Shown piece by piece: positions 35,417 to 40,414 of a stretch of DNA of 40,414 nt; the stretch's first letter is position 1, and each line of letters opens with the position of its first letter. Source of the DNA: a bacterium (GTDB lineage: Bacteria > SAR324 > XYD2-FULL-50-16); the NCBI GenBank assembly GCA_032250835.1, contig JAVVEA010000025.1, positions 1 through 40,414 of the forward strand. Reading direction: 5' to 3'. A model generated the notes under the pieces. That model did no database searches. It saw only the letters and a list, made by a program, of their open reading frames with translations, and was not told the origin of the DNA. The position numbers and the translations under genes are program-made.

Positions 35417-37003
35417 TCAAAGCGGTTTTAAGAGTTTAGAGGCGGAACCATCAGGGATATGGTTGGCGAAACCCGCACCGGCCTCAGTATAAAAATTGTA
35501 GACCGCCTGGACCCCCTCTTTGGTTAAGGATTCGGCGTCGTCGGCATACATCACCGTGGCGGCGACAAACCCCTTAAACTCGGCGGCGGCCAGCTGTTTT
35601 GCGGCAAAAAGATTTCCTGCGTGGTGGGGCATGGTTAACATGACGACCTCGACGTGGTCATGTTGCAACCTGCGCCAGAGGTCTTTATCCGCGGCATTTC
35701 CCTCGATAACCCGGCGACCGGCCTTTATATGGCCGTAAACAATGGCGGGGTCGGAGTCAATGCCGATCACAGTGTCCCCATGCTTGGAAACCATTTGATT
35801 GTAAGCACCGGTTCCGATGCGCCCCATCCCGAAGATCAAAATCTTGGCCTGACCGAGGTCTAGGGGGAGGTCGTCGGGGTGGGGTTGATCGGTTTCAAAG
35901 CGCTTTAAAAAATTCTCTAAGCGCGCAAAAATCTCATTGGCTTTAGCGCTCAACACCGACGCGATCAAAAATGAAATGGATAGGGTCATGGCAATGACCA
36001 TCAACCAGTCCCCATGTAACCAGCCTTTGGTCACTCCGGCAGCGGCGACAAAAAGACCGAACTCACTATAATTAGCCAGGCTGATTGCCGCCAGGAATGA
36101 GGAACTGGACCGGAGCCCAAAGCGAACCAGAATCCAAAAAAACAAGCCCATCTTAAAGGGAAGCAAGAGCGCAAGGAATAGAGCGGCTCCAACGGACTCG
36201 AAGGTGAGGGTTCCAGACAAACCGATGCTCAGAAAAAACCCAACCAGGAAAATGTCTTTAAAACTTAAGATGGAATTTGCTAGTTCCTTAGCCTTGGGGT
36301 GATCGGCAATCAAAGCACCGAGGAAAATAGCCCCCAAATCTGCCTTAACGCCCAACAGCGGGAAACCGAAGCCCGCCAGGACCAGGGCCATGAAGAGCCC
36401 GAACAGTATCAAAAGTTCACCATGGCCGCACCGGTCCAAAATTGCGGCGAATAGGGGCCTGAGCGGGAAAAGACCCAAGAGGAGTAAGGCCCAGACGGAA
36501 GGTACCTTGCCCATCGTCGCGGCGAGAAATAGGACCGCGAATAGATCCTGCATGATCAAAATACCAATGGCTTTTCGTCCGTACAGAGACCGCATTTCGC
36601 CCTTTTCCTCGAGAACCTTGACCGCAAAAACGGTACTCGAAAAACTCAAGGCAAAGGCAATAATCAAGGAGGTGGTCAAATCCATCCCGCTGAAAATAAG
36701 AAACCCGATCACGCTTAGCCCATACATGCCGACCCCAAAAACGGCACTGGTGACGACCATGTGCAGGGTGGAACCAGCCCAAACCTCCGGTTTGGTAAGC
36801 ATTCTGATCCTTAGTTTCAGCCCGATACCGAAAAGCAGCAACAAAACACCGATGTCGGCGATGCGGTCTAGGACCTGTCCTCCTTGAACACCCAAGGCAC
36901 TCAGCACAAAGCCAGCGACTAGATAACCGACCAAAGGCGGAAGCGAAACCTGCTTAGCCACTAAGCCAAAAAGCAGTGCGATGGCAATCCAAAGGGGGTC
37001 CAT
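35417..37003 (-). CDS. CPA2-family cation:proton antiporter (KefB/KefC-like) with a C-terminal RCK/TrkA-N domain
   Basis: LPPLVGYLVAGF, LLLFGIGL, SFSSTVFAVKVLEEKG, ILIMQDL, SEFG, IFGMGRIG, GDA-like GNA. Confidence 0.9.
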   Translation of the reverse strand: MDPLWIAIALLFGLVAKQVSLPPLVGYLVAGFVLSALGVQGGQVLDRIADIGVLLLLFGIGLKLRIRMLTKPEVWAGSTLHMVVTSAVFGVGMYGLSVIGFLIFSGMDLTTSLIIAFALSFSSTVFAVKVLEEKGEMRSLYGRKAIGILIMQDLFAVLFLAATMGKVPSVWALLLLGLFPLRPLFAAILDRCGHGELLILFGLFMALVLAGFGFPLLGVKADLGAIFLGALIADHPKAKELANSILSFKDIFLVGFFLSIGLSGTLTFESVGAALFLALLLPFKMGLFFWILVRFGLRSSSSFLAAISLANYSEFGLFVAAAGVTKGWLHGDWLMVIAMTLSISFLIASVLSAKANEIFARLENFLKRFETDQPHPDDLPLDLGQAKILIFGMGRIGTGAYNQMVSKHGDTVIGIDSDPAIVYGHIKAGRRVIEGNAADKDLWRRLQHDHVEVVMLTMPHHAGNLFAAKQLAAAEFKGFVAATVMYADDAESLTKEGVQAVYNFYTEAGAGFANHIPDGSASKLLKPL

Positions 37004-37378
37004 ATTCTTTCTTTGGTTTAACGGTTAACGATTGATTAAGCCCATGGGATTTAAAGAAGAATAGATTAACGGGACCGGACGGGTTGCGCCTACTTCGGAG
37101 CTCGCAGAACTAGGTGCCCGATAGTCTAGGGGACGAACCTAAATTCGGGATATGGTGACAAGCTTTTTAGGCTTGTCTGAAAAAAATGGGAATCCTCTAA
37201 AGTGCTTGTATCACAGAGGTTAGATTTTGCAATAGGGCGGAAATCAGCTATCATCGTCTATTCGAAAATTTTACCACAAAAATAGGTTACTTATAAACCG
37301 CTCCGGCCCGTTTTCAAGGGCCTTGCCAGCGCCAAATCCGTGCGGTAAGCGGGGTTTACTGGGCGCTAACCAAGCAAA

Positions 37379-38706
37379 GGCCTCTGAACAATACCCCAAT
37401 TAATCCAAAAATCCCCTCCGCCTCACTTTTTAGCTGAAATTGACCTCAAATCTCCCCTTTTTGCCCTCCATTTCTGGGCATTTCCGGCCTTTTGCCGGAT
37501 TTTGGGCACGCCGCCTGCGCAAGGCGTATCATGCGAAGCACTATCCGAGACTGCGAGAGCAGTCTCGCTACGCTCTATGAAACCAGTCAGACTGCCTTCT
37601 TCGCGTTGAAGCAGAAGGCGTTGAGGTAGAATTCCACCTCAAGCTTCGCTGCCCCCAAATACCGCGCCCGGTTAAACTGGTAATCTCGCCTGAGGGTCCC
37701 AAAGGCCCGTTCCACTTGGGTAGCGAACCGTGGAAATGGTCCGGTTAAATTCCTTTTGGGCAGCATCCAGTTTCCGGCCCCGAAACGCCTTATGCATGAT
37801 TTCATCGTAATGACCTAATTTACTAAGCAAACTGCGATTGGCTTTACTGCAATACCCCTTGTCAGCCATCACCAACGTTCCCTCCGGCAAGTCGGATTCT
37901 GCCAGCGCTTGCCCAATCTCGTTCGTGTCTGAACGGCTGGCGGCAGTAACATGCCCGCCAATGATGAAGCCATGCTGCGAATCCACGGCCATGTGTTGTT
38001 TGTAGCCCTAGTGCGGGCGGCCCATCTTGACGGTCCAGTTGGCTTCTTCATCATCCGAGTAAGTCACTCGGGCGTTTGCGGAGTCCTCCCCTTCTTCCTC
38101 GGTCATCGGTTCTACCTCGATCACCTTGCCGGGGCGGCGCTGGGACTGCACTAAGGTAGCAACTACGATGGCCCCCTGCTTAACGATCAGTCCCGAACCT
38201 TCCAATTGCTGGTTCAAGATTTTGAAGAGTCTTTCGAACAGGCGCGCTTCCATCAACGCTCCTCTGAAGCGGCAGAACGTCGTTTCATCCGGTCGGGGTC
38301 CACTCATTTGAAAGCCGCAGAACCGGATAAAGGAAACCCGATCATAGAGAGCTTCCTCAAGGCCAGGGTCGCTGAGATCGTACCAGCGTTGGAGCAGGAG
38401 CGCCTTGAACATGGGCAGAGCCGGATAGGCCGCATTCCCCACAACGTTTTGGGTCCGCCGGTATTGCTTCTTGAGTTGTTTTTCGATGGGTTTCCAGTCG
38501 ATGAACTCATCGACTTGAGCCAAAAAGCTGGGCTTGGGGGAGTGTGGGGTGAGGCAACCCCACCCCGCTACGCCTCTGCGAGGCTTGCGGGGGCCCCGGA
38601 ATCAGCGAAACCGGGGGTGGTCTTTTTGGTCGTCATGGCGGCTCCTGGATCGGGGTTGCATCCAGGTTAGCAAAGACTTTTAAAGATTTCTACCCGTGCA
38701 GAAGTC
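37379..38706 (-). mobile_element. Defective IS5-family insertion sequence
   Basis: Transposase remnants lie inside. Imperfect terminal IRs are GGCCTCTGAAC (37379-37389) and GACTTCTGCAC (reverse complement of 38696-38706), with TTAA immediately outside at 38707-38710. Confidence 0.7.
37587..38636 (-). pseudogene. IS5-family transposase pseudogene
   Basis: Motifs IDWKPIE, LLLQRWYDLSDPGLEEAL.DR.SF..FCG, PDETTFCRFR, GYKQHMAVD, ADKGY, VERAFG. Lesions: N-terminal stop/frameshift, D-to-V in GAIV(D)AT, TAG at 38008-38010, and a +1 frameshift near 37720. Confidence 0.9.
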
Positions 38707-38925
38707 TTAATATATCTTTTACCCGCCACAGTCCTTGATCATATCCTCCAAGCGGGGAGCCTCTATAGCCCGAAATATATCCCGCTGTATTTAATCCATT
38801 TTGCGTGTCCAACCATTTCTGCATTAATGGCAATCGAGTTAAAGCTTGTATGCTGTCATATGTACAGTCCGATACAAAGCGCGATAACATTCATCCAAGT
38901 CGAATTTTCGGTCTTGCTCACTCAT
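38707..38925 (-). pseudogene. 5' fragment of an indolepyruvate:ferredoxin oxidoreductase (fused-type) gene
   Basis: MSEQDRKFDLDECY..RTVHMT, a frameshift, then IQALTRLPLMQ...GLNTAGYISGYRGSPLGGYD. The reading frame runs into the IS end. Confidence 0.8.
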
Positions 38926-38995
38926 AGAATGGTACCCAAGAGCAGTATATCAGAGTTAAACCAGCCATCATTTCTCCTGCGCGTAATAAAGAGGA

Positions 38996-39880
38996 TTACC
39001 CCCAGCGTTGTTGGGCGGCTCCATTTAGTTCTAATAACTCAAAATGTGGAACTGAGGATAGAGGTTCATCTAAAAAGAACCAGCGTAGTATGCCTTCCAT
39101 GGTTTCTGGGCGCTGAAAATGAAAAAGATGATCAGCATCACGGACAACACCGAAGGCGCTATCTGGCATTTCCCTGGCTACTTCAGAACAATATGTGGGT
39201 GTGCAAAGTGGATCATGTTCACCGGTAAACACCAGAATGGGGATTTCTGGGGCTTTTTTTAAATCAAGACTCCCACCATTGATTAATGATTGAGTTCTTT
39301 GAATAAAACGCTTGCAGTCATCCTGATTGATTCGGCGGAGCTGGCGGATAAACATTTCTTTTACAAAATCTCCTTGGTGTACGTAGTTGTTAGGATTGTT
39401 ATTAGTTACAAGGTTTGCTATATGAATTGCAAAAGAATCGAGGTCTCTATCCTTAACAAGTTTAAGACTTTTACTTATACCGTCAAACATATGTGGCGCT
39501 AGCGTCTTCATTGTTCCGCCTAGAATCAATCGTTTTACCTTTTTACTCATTTGAGCAGTTAGGTAACCGATAGCGGTACCGTAAGAAGCGGAACCAATGA
39601 AAATTTCATCGATTCCTAAATGTTCGAATAAGCTAATAGCTGCCGCAGCGGTGAATTCAGCTGGTGTCTCCTCTGGTAAAGGATCTGATTGACCTGTTCC
39701 AGGTAAATCGGCTAACAGAATGCTACTCTGAACTTGCAACACTCTTGTCAGCTTGAACCACGATTTCATTTCCTGAAATCCCCCGCTTATAAACATTATT
39801 GGTGGTTTGACCGCAGCAGGATTCTCAATCCAAATAAATGGGTATCTAAAATTTTTATATTCAGTATATTGAATTTTCAT
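38996..39880 (-). CDS. Alpha/beta-fold hydrolase
   Basis: DLPGTGQS, nucleophile elbow SASYG, GEHDPL, ADHLF. AT-rich. ATG 39880 preferred over TTG 39913. Confidence 0.85.
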   Translation of the reverse strand: MKIQYTEYKNFRYPFIWIENPAAVKPPIMFISGGFQEMKSWFKLTRVLQVQSSILLADLPGTGQSDPLPEETPAEFTAAAAISLFEHLGIDEIFIGSASYGTAIGYLTAQMSKKVKRLILGGTMKTLAPHMFDGISKSLKLVKDRDLDSFAIHIANLVTNNNPNNYVHQGDFVKEMFIRQLRRINQDDCKRFIQRTQSLINGGSLDLKKAPEIPILVFTGEHDPLCTPTYCSEVAREMPDSAFGVVRDADHLFHFQRPETMEGILRWFFLDEPLSSVPHFELLELNGAAQQRWG

Positions 39881-40414
39881 GCTATCCGCGATCCAGGTTA
39901 AATTAATTGACAAGTTTTTTGCGATTCGGCGAAGAGGTGGTGATTATAACTAGTTGATCCGTAACAGTGTAGTCCCATTCGTCCAGTACCCTTTTATACT
40001 CCATTTGAAGAAAGGTAACGAGTATAGCGCAACTGGATGCTACAAAATTGGGAGCCCATTTTCACCAGGGAACCAATCTCTGGACAGTGATTATAAACGA
40101 ATAGTGTTTGCAACGCTTTAATCTAGCAACCCACATGGGGCTTTTCAACTAACCTTTAAGGTATCTGCACCGAAAACACTTCCCAGTTTTAGATCAAAAT
40201 AGGCCCCAATGACCCGGACCCCTTGGAGCTGGGTCCTACTTCCTGTTTTGTTTAGGCTGGTTGGAGAAGGTTTGGACTGGGCTCCATTTTTGGTAAGAAA
40301 AGCTCTGGGGAAGGAAGGGGGACGGTTGGGCCGAAGATTTATAGTGGACCGAAAAGTTCAGACAAAATTTGAATTAGGCGTTATTTCTGAATTGCGGTAA
40401 CGAACCTCGATTTA

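Noticed and set aside
40209-40400. 63 aa ORF at the window end
   Set aside because: No motifs or convincing RBS; cannot be supported.
1-40414. Numerous antisense and alternate-frame ORFs; CRISPR arrays, rRNA and prophage genes
   Set aside because: The shadow ORFs lie over well-supported GC-rich genes. No repeat-spacer array, rRNA or phage gene was seen.

Overview
Bacterial chromosomal window. Its core is a ~25 kb co-directional + strand cluster for central carbon and energy metabolism (1261-26057). The order is: ppdK, an unannotated HipA/PI3-4-kinase-fold protein, a HAD phosphatase fused to a catalytically dead PEP-carboxykinase domain, rnfB, a single-chain pyruvate:ferredoxin oxidoreductase, rnfCDGEA, a two-subunit 2-oxoacid:ferredoxin oxidoreductase, a degenerate PFOR paralogue with a C-terminal ferredoxin, and a group 3b-type [NiFe] hydrogenase operon containing a stand-alone cNMP-fold gene. 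Next comes a ~2.1 kb islet (GNAT gene plus Phd-RelE/ParE-like toxin-antitoxin pair) bracketed by a 177 bp direct repeat that duplicates the 3' end of the hydrogenase protease gene. A minus-strand four-gene redox operon follows (aldo-keto reductase, membrane-anchored unknown protein, DUF362 protein, polyferredoxin; three carry twin-arginine motifs), divergent from a PAS/sigma54 activator. The right end holds a KefC-like antiporter, a dead IS5-family element that truncates an indolepyruvate-oxidoreductase pseudogene, and an AT-rich alpha/beta hydrolase. The best candidate for an undescribed system is the kinase + HAD/pseudo-PEPCK pair between ppdK and the Rnf/PFOR genes, which may be a phosphorylation switch at the PEP/pyruvate node. 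All family calls come from motif recognition by eye; no searches were run.
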